DNA of 64,000 nt from Alphaproteobacteria bacterium (GCA_965227515.1 CBDDFZ010000001.1:2784001-2848000); one strand, 5' to 3'; counted from the first letter of the stretch, positions 39,079 to 49,755 are shown. The notes: generated by a model from the sequence alone, not told the origin. A program made the numbers and translations.

Positions 39079-39663
39079 TCAGCTCCGGAAGATATGCAGT
39101 GCTGCGTGCTGCAGCAGCATGATGGTCTTGCCATCGACGATCTCGCCGCGGGCGACCATCGCCATCGCCTCGGCGAACGGCAGTTCCAGCACCTCGATGT
39201 CCTCGCCCTCGTCGGCGACCCCGCCGCCGGCCGAAACCCGGTCCGCGTGGTCGTAGGCGGCGACGAAGAAGCTCAGCTTCTCGGTCACCGAGCCCGGGCT
39301 CATGAAGGCGGTGAACACCGGCTCGACATGGTGGACGCGGTAGCCGGTTTCCTCCTCCGCCTCCTGCCGGATGCGGGCCGCCGGGTCCATGCGGTCGAGC
39401 AGGCCGGCCGCCGCTTCGATCATCAGCCCGTCATAGCCGTTCACGAACGCCGGAAAGCGGAATTGGCGCGTCAGAACAACGGTTTGCCGCGCGGTGTTGT
39501 AGAGCAGGACGGTCGCGCCATTGCCCCGGTCATAGGTCTCGCGCACCTGGGTCTGCCAGGTGCCGTCGCGCCTGCGCCAGTCGAACGTCGCCTTTTTCAG
39601 CACGTACCAGTTGTCGGACAGCAGTTCCATCGCGCGCACCCGCACGCGCTCAGCCACGGACAT
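39079..39663 (-). CDS. nudK: GDP-mannose pyrophosphatase NudK-like Nudix hydrolase
   Basis: [26 protein letters not shown]...[16 protein letters not shown]. Confidence 0.88.
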   Translation of the reverse strand: MSVAERVRVRAMELLSDNWYVLKKATFDWRRRDGTWQTQVRETYDRGNGATVLLYNTARQTVVLTRQFRFPAFVNGYDGLMIEAAAGLLDRMDPAARIRQEAEEETGYRVHHVEPVFTAFMSPGSVTEKLSFFVAAYDHADRVSAGGGVADEGEDIEVLELPFAEAMAMVARGEIVDGKTIMLLQHAALHIFRS

Positions 39664-39682
39664 CGCAGGCCCTCCATCGCGG

Positions 39683-39732
39683 TTTCGTGCAGATACGCAC
39701 AATAACGTGCAAAAACAAGATATATCGTGTAA
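39683..39732. promoter_or_regulatory. 10-bp periodic direct repeats, probable DeoR operator
   Basis: CGTGCA 39686, CGCACA 39696, CGTGCA 39706, CAAGAT 39716, CGTGTA 39726 in the divergent nudK/deoR spacer. Confidence 0.55.
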
Positions 39733-39741
39733 CATGCGGGC

Positions 39742-40509
39742 ATGCTGACGAGCCAGCGCAAGGCGCACATCCTCGATCTCCTGCGGCGCGACGGGCAGGT
39801 GGTGGCCAAGGCCCTCAGTGCCGACTTGGCATTGTCGGAGGACACCATCCGCCGCGACCTGCGCGAGCTGGCGGCCGAGGGCAGGCTGCAACGGGTGCAT
39901 GGTGGGGCGTTGCCGGTGTCGCCCGCCCTGGCCGACGTGCCGGCGCGGCGGCGCATCGCCACCGACGCCAAGCAGGCACTGGGACGGGCGGCGGCGGCGC
40001 TGATCCGGCCGGGGCAGGTGGCGTTCGTCGACGGCGGCACCACCACCGAGGCGATGGTCGCCCACCTGCCGCCCGATCTCGCCGCCACGGTGGTCACCCA
40101 CAGCCCGGCCATCGCGGTGGCGCTGGCCGGCCATGTGGGCATCGAGGTGGTGCTGATCGGTGGGCGCCTGTTCCGCCACTCCATGGTCGCCACCGGCGCC
40201 GACACGGTGGAGGCGATCGGCCGCATCCGTGCCGACCTCTATGTCATGGGGGTGACCGGCATCCACCCGGAGGTCGGGCTGACCACCGGCGATGGCGAGG
40301 AGGCAGCGGTGAAGCGCGCCATGGTGCGCGCGGCGGCCGAGACCGCCGTGCCGGTCTCGCGCGACAAGCTGGGTGCGGCCTCGCCCTATGTCATCTGCCC
40401 GCTCGCCGACATCGCCACCATGGTGGTCGAGGCCGATGTGCCGGATGCCGCCACCGCGCCCTATGCGGCTGCCGTGGTGGAGGTGGTGCGGGCGAAGCCA
40501 CGTATATGA
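39742..40509 (+). CDS. DeoR/GlpR family transcriptional regulator
   Basis: [24 protein letters not shown]. Confidence 0.93.
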   Translation: MLTSQRKAHILDLLRRDGQVVAKALSADLALSEDTIRRDLRELAAEGRLQRVHGGALPVSPALADVPARRRIATDAKQALGRAAAALIRPGQVAFVDGGTTTEAMVAHLPPDLAATVVTHSPAIAVALAGHVGIEVVLIGGRLFRHSMVATGADTVEAIGRIRADLYVMGVTGIHPEVGLTTGDGEEAAVKRAMVRAAAETAVPVSRDKLGAASPYVICPLADIATMVVEADVPDAATAPYAAAVVEVVRAKPRI

Positions 40510-40752
40510 CGAGCAGTTGCCCGACCGGTATTATGTCTGTGTTGCGTAGTGCGAATCGGAGGATGTCACTGCGAATAGCTTCGTTGGCGAGTCCGGAAGC
40601 TGATTCAACAATGGGTAATTGCGCCCGCAAATGGAACGTGTTGCGGAAAAAGCAATACCTGGGCCACTGTTTAGTTTGAAGGCAGTATTTGTGACCGTTT
40701 GAGGCACCAAGTTTACGCGATCTCGTTCTTATGCTATGGTTGTATTGGGTTT

Positions 40753-41580
40753 ATGGGCGCAATAATACTACCTACTAGATCACGGAAACTGCCAGATCCT
40801 CATATCGCCCCAATTTGGGGTAATCGCGGGCCCTGTGCACTATGTAGGAGTTATTCCGATCTGACGGACAATCATGTTCCGCCCGAAGGTGTGGGTAACT
40901 TTGGATCATGGATGGCGCAAAGTTATTTGACTGCTTCTGCTGCTGACAAAGAACTGTTTTATGGAAGAAAATTTCGAGGGGGGATTAGATTTCGGACGAT
41001 TTGTCGGGATTGCAACAGTTCTTTGGGTGGCACTGAGGATAAAGAGCTAATCAGACTCTACGAGCAAGCGCAAAAGTTTGTTAATTCATCTCTAATTGTG
41101 CCCAGTATAACAACATTATCCATAAGGCCAAATCTCATCGCTCGTGGTTTGTTTGCGCATATGGTTTCTGCTAATGACAATGGAGTGCCATGTCCTTTTG
41201 ATATTGAGGCTCGGGATATCTTTTTTTCTAGAAGGCCATTAAGATTTAGCTCATGGAATTTGTTCTATTGGGTATATGAAGGTGATGAGATATTTGTTAT
41301 GCGAAGTGCTTTTCTTGCAACTGCCACTTCACCAGTCCAACTTCATGAGGTGTATATTGTAAAGGCGCCCCCGCTCGCATTCATGTTTGCCCGAAGGCCA
41401 AATTTCTGCGGCCTCCCAAATATGATGAATTATATCCAGTCACGGGATCAAGACGAGGTGGAAGTGCCGATTGTCCTAGGGCTGCGAGACCCGTATGCGT
41501 CTTGGCCAGTTGTGGCATACGGCAATCAATTTATTATGCTGGGAGGGGCCTCATATGGTGTCATTGCTCAAAAATATTAG
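40753..41580 (+). CDS. HNH-endonuclease-like protein in AT-rich islet
   Basis: CALC...LTDNHVPP...ICRDCNSSLG zinc-finger HNH pattern; start uncertain. Confidence 0.65.
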   Translation: MGAIILPTRSRKLPDPHIAPIWGNRGPCALCRSYSDLTDNHVPPEGVGNFGSWMAQSYLTASAADKELFYGRKFRGGIRFRTICRDCNSSLGGTEDKELIRLYEQAQKFVNSSLIVPSITTLSIRPNLIARGLFAHMVSANDNGVPCPFDIEARDIFFSRRPLRFSSWNLFYWVYEGDEIFVMRSAFLATATSPVQLHEVYIVKAPPLAFMFARRPNFCGLPNMMNYIQSRDQDEVEVPIVLGLRDPYASWPVVAYGNQFIMLGGASYGVIAQKY

Positions 41581-41906
41581 CTGGCGGTAATATCTAGCGA
41601 CTCCACATTCGGAGGATATTACTTTCGCAGGTTTCCCTACGAAGGCGTTTTGTACGGCTGACTGATGGCCTGGAACACGGGCAGGGCCTCGCAGCGTTCG
41701 TTGTGGTTAGCGACGGCGAGGTGGCCCTGCGGAGGGCGTGGAGGTGGTTAGGGCGGGGTAGTGGCGCTTGGAGGACGGCACCGCCGACCTCATGGACTGG
41801 CGCAACTGCCGGAGCGTCGACACGGCCGGCGCGAAATTGCCCCGGGAATGGGATACGCTCGGCAGGGCAGGGCGCTGGACGGTCGCCATTCCATCTGCGG
41901 GGGGCA

Positions 41907-43346
41907 ATGATGCTGCACACGAGGCGGAGCGTTTTGGGGGCGTTGATTGCGGCTGCCGCCCTGTCGCGCGTGCGCCCGGCCCGTGGCACCGAGACCGACA
42001 GCCCCGACGTTGTGGTCGTGGGGGCGGGTGCTGCGGGCCTGGCCGCAGCCAGAACCCTCAGGCGGCTGGGCAAGTCGGTCCTGCTGCTGGAGGCCAACAA
42101 CCGCATCGGCGGGCGCGCCTTTACCGAAACGGCGACCTTCGGCACGCCATACGATCATGGCGCCCACTGGCTGCACAATGGCGACGCCAATCCGTTCAAG
42201 GCCTATGGCGAGGGGCTGCGGGGGACCTTCGACATTCGGCGCTCGCCCGACGAGCTCACCATCTATCGCGGCGGGCAGCCGGTCTGCTCCGACGACTGCC
42301 CGGGTTTCGAGGATGCGCTGGCGCTTGCCGACGAGGCGATGTGGGAGGCGCGCTATCTCGATGTGTCGGCCTCCACCGTGGTGCCGGCCGGCGGGGCGTG
42401 GGCGCCGGCGGTGGCGTTCACCTTGGGGCCATGGGACATGGCGAAGCCGCTGGCGGAGTTCTCGGTGGCGGACTGGTCATGCTCGGCCGATGGCCCGAAC
42501 TATTTGTGCGCGCAAGGCTATGGCGCGCTCGTCGCCCATGCCGGGCGCGGCGAACCGGTGCAGTTGAATACGGCGGTGCGGGAGATTCGGGAGACGTCCG
42601 GTGGCGTCGAGGTGGTAACCGATCGCGGCGCGATTTCCGCCCTGGCGGTCATCGTCACGGTCTCCACCGGCGTCCTGGCATCGGGCGCGATCCGGTTCGC
42701 GCCGGACCTGCCGGGCGAGACGTACGCGGCGTTCGATACCATCTCCATGGGGCTCTACAACCGCATCGCGCTGAAGTTCTCCAGCGACATTTTCGGCAAC
42801 GGCCCCGACGCCTATGCCCTGAGCCTGACGGCGGGCTCGGGCCTGGCGCCGGATATGGGCATTACGTCCAACGTCAACGGCAGCGGGCTTGTCTACTGCG
42901 ATATCGGTGGGGATACGGCGCGGCGGCTGGAGCGGGAGGACGATGCCACCGCCGTGGCCCACGCCATGGACGTGCTGACGGCGACACTGGGCGCATCCGC
43001 CGTTGCGAGCGCATATGAAGGCATCGCCCATGTGTCGCGCTGGGGCGCAAACCCATACACGCTGGGGAGTTATGCGTCCGCCGATCCGGGCCATTTCCAC
43101 ATGCGCGAGGCCCTGCGCACCCCCGTCAACGATCGCATCTTCTTTGCCGGGGAGGCGTGCGACCTCGACCAGTGGGCGACCGTCGCCGGCGCGCATACCA
43201 ACGGGTGCGAAACCGCGGCCAATGTCGCACGCGTTCTCGATGGCCTGGCGCCGCTAAGCCTGGGCAGCTGCGAGGCGATTTTCGAGGACGCCGGTCCGAC
43301 CCGCGATGCCGCGGCCTTGCAGGCGCTGGGCTGCGACGCCGTGTGA
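41907..43346 (+). CDS. Flavin monoamine oxidase family protein, Tat signal
   Basis: TRRSVL; GAGAAG; RIGGR; WGANPYTLGSY; FFAGEA. Confidence 0.88.
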   Translation: MMLHTRRSVLGALIAAAALSRVRPARGTETDSPDVVVVGAGAAGLAAARTLRRLGKSVLLLEANNRIGGRAFTETATFGTPYDHGAHWLHNGDANPFKAYGEGLRGTFDIRRSPDELTIYRGGQPVCSDDCPGFEDALALADEAMWEARYLDVSASTVVPAGGAWAPAVAFTLGPWDMAKPLAEFSVADWSCSADGPNYLCAQGYGALVAHAGRGEPVQLNTAVREIRETSGGVEVVTDRGAISALAVIVTVSTGVLASGAIRFAPDLPGETYAAFDTISMGLYNRIALKFSSDIFGNGPDAYALSLTAGSGLAPDMGITSNVNGSGLVYCDIGGDTARRLEREDDATAVAHAMDVLTATLGASAVASAYEGIAHVSRWGANPYTLGSYASADPGHFHMREALRTPVNDRIFFAGEACDLDQWATVAGAHTNGCETAANVARVLDGLAPLSLGSCEAIFEDAGPTRDAAALQALGCDAV

Positions 43347-43359
43347 GCCGTCGGTCGGC

Positions 43360-45123
43360 TCAGGGGTCGATGGTGAACACCGTGGTTTCGCTGCTTCTGC
43401 CGCGCAGTTCGACGCGACCGATCTCGCGCCAGGCGTAGGCCTCAGTCGCGGCGGCACGGGTCTCGCCGGAGATGCACAGCGTCTCGCCGACCTCCTTGCC
43501 CAGTGCTTCCAGGCGGGCCGTGGTGTTCACCGCATCGCCGATGATCGTGTAGTTCATGCGGTCCTTCGACCCGATATTGCCGACCAGCGCCGTTCCGGTG
43601 TGGACGCCGATGCGCGTCACCAGCGCCGGCGCGCCGGCGGCTTGCCGCTCGGCATTGAGGCGCGCGCTGACCTTCCGGATTTCCAGCGCGGCCGCCAGCG
43701 CCCGGTCTGCGTGGTCGGCCTGCCGCACCGGTGCATTCCAGAACGCCATGATCGCGTCGCCGATGAACTTGTCGACCGTGCCGTCCGACCCCATGATCGG
43801 CAGTACAATGGCCTCGAAATAGTCGTTCAGCATGCCGGCCAGGTCGCTCGGCCGCATGCCTTCCGAGATGGAGGAATAGCCGGCAATATCGGTGAACAGG
43901 ATCGTCACCTCGTGCTCCGCCGGCGCGATGTCGCCGCCCCGTTCCTCCAGCCGGATGAGCTGGCGCACCAGGTTTCGCGGGACATAGCGGGCGAAGACCT
44001 CAAGCCCCCTGAGCATGGCCGCAAAAGCCTTCTCGGCCGTCCTGATATCGGAAAAGCTGCTGAGTGGCTGGCGCTTGGCGGGAACTTCAAGATTGAGCTG
44101 CTCGACGTTCTTGGCCGCCAGCGACAGGCGGGTGATTGGCCTGGATATCGACCGTCCCACCCACACAGCCAAGCCGACGGCCAACAGCAGGGTGACCCCG
44201 CCGATGACCGCGATCACGATCGCGCGGTCGCGTGCCTGGCCCAGCACGGCATCGCGCGGCACCGCGTCGACCGCGTACCATGTCGAGTCCCCGACATCGT
44301 CGATGGCGGCAATCGACAGCAGCCAGTCCGTGCCGGCCACCGTGATGTCCTGGAACGACGGCCCCGCCGCCAGCACCCGTTCGGCCACCGCCAGCGCCAC
44401 GGCGTCCTCGATGTCGGCAAACGTCGGGACGTGGGGCCAGGCCGCATAGGCATCGCGGCCGATCAGCGACGGGTGCGCCAGAACCCGCCCCGCGCTATCG
44501 AACACAAAGCTGTAGCCGGCCTGGCCCTCGCCCGCCGCGACCAGCTCTTCGGACATGGTGCCCAAGTCCATGTCGAGAAACAGGGTGCCGCTGGGGTCGC
44601 CGTCCTCATCGACCAGATGGATTGTGTACGAGATGACCGGGCGGCGGTCCTCCGGCTCAAGGTACAGGTCCTCAAAGCCCTCGCTGCCGTCGCCCGGCCT
44701 GCCCTCGACGGCGATATCGATGGCATCGTCCGACAGATCGCCGTCGCGCTCCCAATCGACCTCGCCGTCGTCCTCGTGCCAGACCATCAGGTTGGAGCCG
44801 TCCTTGCGCACCAGACTGAGGTCGGTCACGGCCGGCGTATGCCGAATGAAGGCTGAGAACAGGGCGATGACCCGCTCGTCGTCCAGGCCGTCGGACGCGG
44901 TCTGCAGCAACTCGGCCAGGGCGAGCGCGTCCCACTCGACCTGCTCGAAGAGGCCGTGGACGTTGTCGCTCATCGCGGCGGTGCGCTGGTCCTGCAGCCT
45001 GGCGGAAATCTCCAAAGCCGAGCGCATCGAGCCCAAGGTGCCAAGGATGCCGACCAGCCCGACGGCGGCCAGGATCAGTGCGCCAACACCGGTGCCGAGC
45101 ACGAATTTGACGCTTCTGAACAT
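43360..45123 (-). CDS. Membrane adenylate/guanylate cyclase (Cache and HAMP)
   Basis: ILFTDIAGYS, DKFIGDAIMAFW, GDAVNTTARLE; alternative start 45183. Confidence 0.92.
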   Translation of the reverse strand: MFRSVKFVLGTGVGALILAAVGLVGILGTLGSMRSALEISARLQDQRTAAMSDNVHGLFEQVEWDALALAELLQTASDGLDDERVIALFSAFIRHTPAVTDLSLVRKDGSNLMVWHEDDGEVDWERDGDLSDDAIDIAVEGRPGDGSEGFEDLYLEPEDRRPVISYTIHLVDEDGDPSGTLFLDMDLGTMSEELVAAGEGQAGYSFVFDSAGRVLAHPSLIGRDAYAAWPHVPTFADIEDAVALAVAERVLAAGPSFQDITVAGTDWLLSIAAIDDVGDSTWYAVDAVPRDAVLGQARDRAIVIAVIGGVTLLLAVGLAVWVGRSISRPITRLSLAAKNVEQLNLEVPAKRQPLSSFSDIRTAEKAFAAMLRGLEVFARYVPRNLVRQLIRLEERGGDIAPAEHEVTILFTDIAGYSSISEGMRPSDLAGMLNDYFEAIVLPIMGSDGTVDKFIGDAIMAFWNAPVRQADHADRALAAALEIRKVSARLNAERQAAGAPALVTRIGVHTGTALVGNIGSKDRMNYTIIGDAVNTTARLEALGKEVGETLCISGETRAAATEAYAWREIGRVELRGRSSETTVFTIDP

Positions 45124-45232
45124 GGTGGCCACCAGGCTCGTGGTCCGCGACGCGATAGCGGGATTCAAGCGGGCAGGCGCCATCCTTACGACGGCGCCGA
45201 CAGCCGATGTGTCGGCTTAGGCGGCGATAGTA

Positions 45233-45859
45233 TCAGGCAGGCGGGCTGAACGGTTGGCTGATTTCCTGGAACACGGGCAGGTCCTCGCAGCGTTCGGCAT
45301 GGTCGGCCAGGGCGGGCCAGTCCTCGGGTGCGTAGAGGTCGGCGTGCACCTCGCCGACGAAGCGCAGCGCGCAGGCAAGTGCGATGTCGGCGTGCCCGAT
45401 CTCCTCGCCATCCAGCCAGGGCGGCGGGCGGTCGGCGCGCACGGCTTCCAGCACCTTCAGCACATCGGCGATCTGGCCGCGGCAGCGCTCGATCCAGGTC
45501 TCCGACGCGTGGCTGTGCAACGCGCTCTCGTACATCAGGCTGACCGCCTTGTCGGCGAGCCCGGTGGCCAGCGCGCAGATCTTCAGCGCCTGGCGCCGCT
45601 CGTCGCCACTAGCCGGGATCAGCGCCCGCTCCGGCCCGACCATCTGGTCCAGGCAGTCGAGGATGATGGTGCTCTCGATCGCCACCTCGCCGTCGTCGAG
45701 CACCAGGGTCGGCACCCGGCGCAGCGGGTTGAACGCCGCGATCTTGTCGGCGTCGCGGAACACCGACCACGGCCGATGCTCGAAGTCGATGTCGTAGTAG
45801 CGCAGCGCGATGCCGACGCGCCGCACGAACGGGGAGTCGTACTGTCCGATCAGGATCAT
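45233..45859 (-). CDS. Glutathione S-transferase family protein
   Basis: MILIGQYDSPFVRRV, NPLRRVPTL, IESTII. Confidence 0.9.
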   Translation of the reverse strand: MILIGQYDSPFVRRVGIALRYYDIDFEHRPWSVFRDADKIAAFNPLRRVPTLVLDDGEVAIESTIILDCLDQMVGPERALIPASGDERRQALKICALATGLADKAVSLMYESALHSHASETWIERCRGQIADVLKVLEAVRADRPPPWLDGEEIGHADIALACALRFVGEVHADLYAPEDWPALADHAERCEDLPVFQEISQPFSPPA

Positions 45860-45904
45860 GGGTTGCCCAGCCGATTTGGTTTAGCCGTCAGCAGCAATCT
45901 AGGA

Positions 45905-46003
45905 CGTCATGCCCGGGCCGACTGAAAGTCGAGTCCCGGGTATCCACGCCTTGGCAACTATCGATGAAAGACGTGGATGCCCGCAACAAGTGCGGGCATG
46001 ACG
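45905..46003. repeat. REP-like palindromic element
   Basis: CGTCATGCCCGGG...CCCGGGTATCCACG...CGTGGATGCCCGCAACAAGTGCGGGCATGACG. Confidence 0.85.
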
Positions 46004-46043
46004 TGGAGACTTGGAACGGGGCGCCCGTGGAGATTGGGAGAGC

Positions 46044-47075
46044 CTAACCGCCCGTCACGCTCATGTGGCGGGCGACTGCCGGGCCCTGGTTGCGCCGGTC
46101 GATGACGAAGTCGTGGCCCTTGGGCTTGTGCGCGATGGCATCGTGGATCGCCTGTTCCAGCGCCTGGTCGGACTCGCTGGCGCGCAGCGGCGTCTTCAGG
46201 TCGGCGGCATCGTCCTGGCCCAGGCACATATAGAGCGTGCCGGTGCAGGTCAGGCGCACCCGGTTGCAGCTCTCGCAGAAATTGTGGGTGAGCGGCGTGA
46301 TGAAGCCTAATTTGCGCCCGGTCTCCTTGACGCGGACATAGCGGGCCGGGCCGCCACTGGAATAGTCGATGTCCTCCAGCGTCCAGCGTTCGGCCAGGTC
46401 GGCGCGCACCTGGCGCAGCGGCAGGTACTGGTCGATGCGGTCGGGCTCGCCCAGGTCGCCCATCGGCATCACCTCGATGAAGGTGAGGTCGATGCCGCGC
46501 TCGCCGCAGAAGGCGATCAGCCGGTCGAACTCGTCGTCGTTCACGCCCTTCAGCGCCACCGTGTTGAGCTTGACGTCGAGGCCGGCGCGCTTGGCGGCGT
46601 CCAGCCCCTCCATCACCTTGTCGAACTTGCCCCAGCGGGTGATGGAGACGAATTTCTCCGGGTCCAGGGTGTCCAGCGACACGTTCACCCGCCGCACGCC
46701 GGCGTCGTAAAGCTCGTCGGCAAAACGAGGGAGTTGGCTGCCGTTGGTGGTCAGGGTCAGCTCGTCCAGCCCGCCATCGGGGTTGTTGTGCTTCAGATGG
46801 CGGCCCAGGCTGCGGAACAGGGTCATGATGTCCCGCCGCACCAGCGGCTCGCCGCCGGTGAGCCGCAGCTTGCGCACGCCCAGCCGGACGAAGGCGCTGC
46901 ACAGCCGGTCCAATTCCTCCAGCGTCAGCAGGTCGCGCTTCGGCAGGAAGGTCATGTCCTCCGCCATGCAATAGACGCAGCGGAAGTCGCAGCGGTCGGT
47001 GACCGAGACCCGCAGATAGGTGACGGCCCGCGCGAACGGGTCGATCAGCGGTGCGGCGGTCGTTGTATCGTTCAT
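46044..47075 (-). CDS. moaA: GTP 3',8-cyclase MoaA
   Basis: CDFRCVYC radical SAM motif, [18 protein letters not shown]-terminal GG. Confidence 0.97.
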   Translation of the reverse strand: MNDTTTAAPLIDPFARAVTYLRVSVTDRCDFRCVYCMAEDMTFLPKRDLLTLEELDRLCSAFVRLGVRKLRLTGGEPLVRRDIMTLFRSLGRHLKHNNPDGGLDELTLTTNGSQLPRFADELYDAGVRRVNVSLDTLDPEKFVSITRWGKFDKVMEGLDAAKRAGLDVKLNTVALKGVNDDEFDRLIAFCGERGIDLTFIEVMPMGDLGEPDRIDQYLPLRQVRADLAERWTLEDIDYSSGGPARYVRVKETGRKLGFITPLTHNFCESCNRVRLTCTGTLYMCLGQDDAADLKTPLRASESDQALEQAIHDAIAHKPKGHDFVIDRRNQGPAVARHMSVTGG

Positions 47076-47173
47076 GGTGTCCTGCGCTCCGTGCGAACTC
47101 TTACAGTTGGGCTTTGGCGCAATGCCGTCAAGGCCGATTGCGCGAGCGCGGCAATCGCGCGACAACGAGCGTC

Positions 47174-48019
47174 ATGACCGACCCGCGCATCACCCCCGAC
47201 CCCGACGACCCGCGTCTGACCGAGACCGTGGTCGGCCGCGACCAGACCGGCGCCGAGATCGAGACCCGCGTCGTCACCGAGCGTCCGCTGACCCTCTATC
47301 TCAACGACCGCGAGATCGTCACCATGATGACGATCGGCGACCACCCGGACTACCTGGCGCTGGGCTACCTGCTGAACCAGAACATGCTCCACCCCGACGA
47401 CGTGGTGGAGGGGGTGGAGCACGACGACGATCTGGGTGTGGTGGTGGTGCGCACCGCCCGGCACACCGATTTCGAGGACAAGCTGAAGCGCAAGACGCTG
47501 ACCTCGGGCTGTGCGGTCGGCACCGTGTTCGGCGACGTGATGGAGAAGTTCGAGACCGTGGTGCTGCCGGCCGACGCGCGTATCCGCACCTCGTGGTTGG
47601 CCGGCCTGACCCACGCCATCAACACCATGCCCAGCCTCTATCTGGCGGCTGGCGCCATCCACGGCTGCGTGTTGTGCGCCGAAGACAAGCCCTTGATCTA
47701 TATGGAGGATGTCGGCCGGCACAATGCCGTCGACAAGATCGCGGGCTATATGTTCCGCCACCGCGTGCCCGCTGCCGACAAGATCTTCTACACCACCGGC
47801 CGGCTGACCAGCGAGATGGTGATCAAGACCGTGCAGATGGGCGTTCCGATCCTGGTCTCGCGGTCCGGCTTTACCGCCTGGGGCGTCGAGCTGGCCCGGC
47901 AGGCGGGGCTAACCCTGATCGGGCGGGCGCGCGGCAAGCGGTTCGTGGCACTCTCTGGCCTGGAGCGCATCGTCTACGACGCCAATGAGACGGACGTGGC
48001 TGAGGCGCCGCCCGACTAG
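47174..48019 (+). CDS. fdhD: Formate dehydrogenase accessory sulfurtransferase
   Basis: ERPLTLYLN, TSGCA, EDVGRHNAVDK, GRLTSEMVIK. Confidence 0.93.
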   Translation: MTDPRITPDPDDPRLTETVVGRDQTGAEIETRVVTERPLTLYLNDREIVTMMTIGDHPDYLALGYLLNQNMLHPDDVVEGVEHDDDLGVVVVRTARHTDFEDKLKRKTLTSGCAVGTVFGDVMEKFETVVLPADARIRTSWLAGLTHAINTMPSLYLAAGAIHGCVLCAEDKPLIYMEDVGRHNAVDKIAGYMFRHRVPAADKIFYTTGRLTSEMVIKTVQMGVPILVSRSGFTAWGVELARQAGLTLIGRARGKRFVALSGLERIVYDANETDVAEAPPD

Positions 48020-48169
48020 CCTAATCACGGGCCGAACGCACCTTTGCCCAAAATTCGGCAAAAACGTACGGCACGTATATGATCAAGACGAAGAGCCGGA
48101 CCTCGAATCACGCTGCTTTGGGGCTGGTGACGCCAACAGTCAGTCACGTACCAAACGGGGGCATGACGC

Positions 48170-49531
48170 ATGCGCTTGAGAACCCTAACCGCCTCTCTGA
48201 TGATGCTGGTCGGCATGTCCGCCGCCGCACATGCGGAGATCGATCAGACGCGTGTCGCGTTGGTGATCGGCAACCAGGACTACCGTTATGCCGGCGAGCT
48301 GTCGCAGACGCGTCATGACGCGTCGGAGTTCGGCGCCACGCTGGCGCGCCTGGGCTTCGAGGTGACGCTGCTGCACGACGCCGACCGGCGCGAGATGGAG
48401 CAGGCCCTGAACGACTTCCGCCGCGACCTGCGCGACGCCGACGTGGCGCTGGTCTACTACTCCGGCCACGGCCTGGAGGTGGACGGCGTCAACTACCTGG
48501 CGCCGGTCAGCGCGCGCCTGGGCGACCATCGCTCGCTGGAGCAGGAATTCATCGCGCTCGATGAGGTGATGGACATCGTCGAAGGCGGCGGTGCTGCGTT
48601 CAACATGGTGTTCCTGGATGCGTGCCGGAACAACCCGTTCGTCGACCAGTTGCCGGCCTCCCGCTCGGCCGATGCCGCGCCGGGCCTGGCCCCGATCTCG
48701 GCCCCGGTCGGCACCGTGGTCGGCTACGCCACCGCGCCGGGCACCCTGGCCTGGGAAGGCGGCGGCGCCGGCCTCGACAACTCCATGTACACCGAGGCGT
48801 TGATGAACTGGATGGAGACGCCGGGCATGGAGATCGCCCAGCTTCTGCGCCACGCCCGCGCCGACGTGATGGAATGGACCGGCGGCGAGCAGGTGCCGTG
48901 GGAGCACTCGGCGATGATCGGCGAGTTCTTCTTCGCGCCCGAGGGCGTGGTGTTCGATCCCGCCAATGACGATCTGATTGCCAGCAACGAGGGCGACAGC
49001 CAGCAGAGCTCGCTGTTCGGCACCGGCGGCACCTCGTCCCAGGGCCAGGCCGGCAACGATCAGAACCAGCCTCAGCCCCAGCCGCAGGATCAGGCCGGCA
49101 ACGACCAGAACCAGCCGGTTGGCGGTGTCGTCGGCACCATCACGCCGAACGCGGTGATCTCGCTGCTGAGCCAGATGGGCATGAGCGCCAACCTGGATCG
49201 CGACGAGGAAGGCCCGATCCTGGTGGTGAACACCGGCGGCAACATTCCGGGCGCCGAGACCGGCGTGTGGTTCTACGACTGCGACGGCTCGGACAATTGC
49301 GGCAGCTTCCAGATCTGGACGTTCTTCGACACCAATCGGCCGGTCGACCTGCGGGTGATCAACCGTTGGAACGCCGAGAACCGCTGGGCGATCGCCTCGA
49401 TCGAGGAAGGGCAGTATCCGGTGCTGCTGCTGGACATCAACGTGGCCGGCGGCGTCAGCAACGAGAACATCGCCGATCTGCTCTACACCTTCACCGAGCA
49501 GGTGTCGCAGTTCCAGACCTACATCATGTAG
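48170..49531 (+). CDS. Secreted caspase-like (peptidase C14) protein with C-terminal YbjN-like domain
   Basis: Signal peptide; RVALVIGNQDY, YYSGHG, FLDACRNN; Q/P linker; FYDCDG...C...INRWNAENRW. Confidence 0.85.
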   Translation: MRLRTLTASLMMLVGMSAAAHAEIDQTRVALVIGNQDYRYAGELSQTRHDASEFGATLARLGFEVTLLHDADRREMEQALNDFRRDLRDADVALVYYSGHGLEVDGVNYLAPVSARLGDHRSLEQEFIALDEVMDIVEGGGAAFNMVFLDACRNNPFVDQLPASRSADAAPGLAPISAPVGTVVGYATAPGTLAWEGGGAGLDNSMYTEALMNWMETPGMEIAQLLRHARADVMEWTGGEQVPWEHSAMIGEFFFAPEGVVFDPANDDLIASNEGDSQQSSLFGTGGTSSQGQAGNDQNQPQPQPQDQAGNDQNQPVGGVVGTITPNAVISLLSQMGMSANLDRDEEGPILVVNTGGNIPGAETGVWFYDCDGSDNCGSFQIWTFFDTNRPVDLRVINRWNAENRWAIASIEEGQYPVLLLDINVAGGVSNENIADLLYTFTEQVSQFQTYIM

Positions 49532-49568
49532 GGCCTGATCCATACTCCGGCTTGCCGGAGGACGAATG

Positions 49569-49599
49569 GGGGCGTGGCGCAAGCTGCGCCCCTTTTCTT
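49569..49599 (+). terminator. Intrinsic terminator
   Basis: GGGGCGTGGC-GCAA-GCTGCGCCCC followed by TTTTCTT. Confidence 0.75.
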
Positions 49600-49644
49600 G
49601 TCGGAGCGCAAATCGTGCCAACGGCGCCTGCCCACCTTTCTTGG

Positions 49645-49755
49645 CGTCATCGCGAGCCGGCGAATGCCGGCGTGGCGATCCAGGCGATTGCCGTGAATGC
49701 TGAAATGTTGCTCTGGATTGCCGCGTCGCGCCTCACGGCGCTCCTCGCAATGACG
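49645..49755. repeat. REP-like palindromic element, second subtype
   Basis: CGTCATCGCGAG...GGCGATCCAG...CTGGATTGCC...CTCGCAATGACG. Confidence 0.8.

Noticed and set aside
41700-41890. Protein-like fragment GTADLMDWRNCRSVD...PREWDTL at the edge of the HNH islet
   Set aside because: Family not recognised, no clear start; could be chance.
47076-47173. Moco riboswitch upstream of moaA
   Set aside because: Spacer is under 100 bp, shared with divergent fdhD, and shows no recognisable motif.
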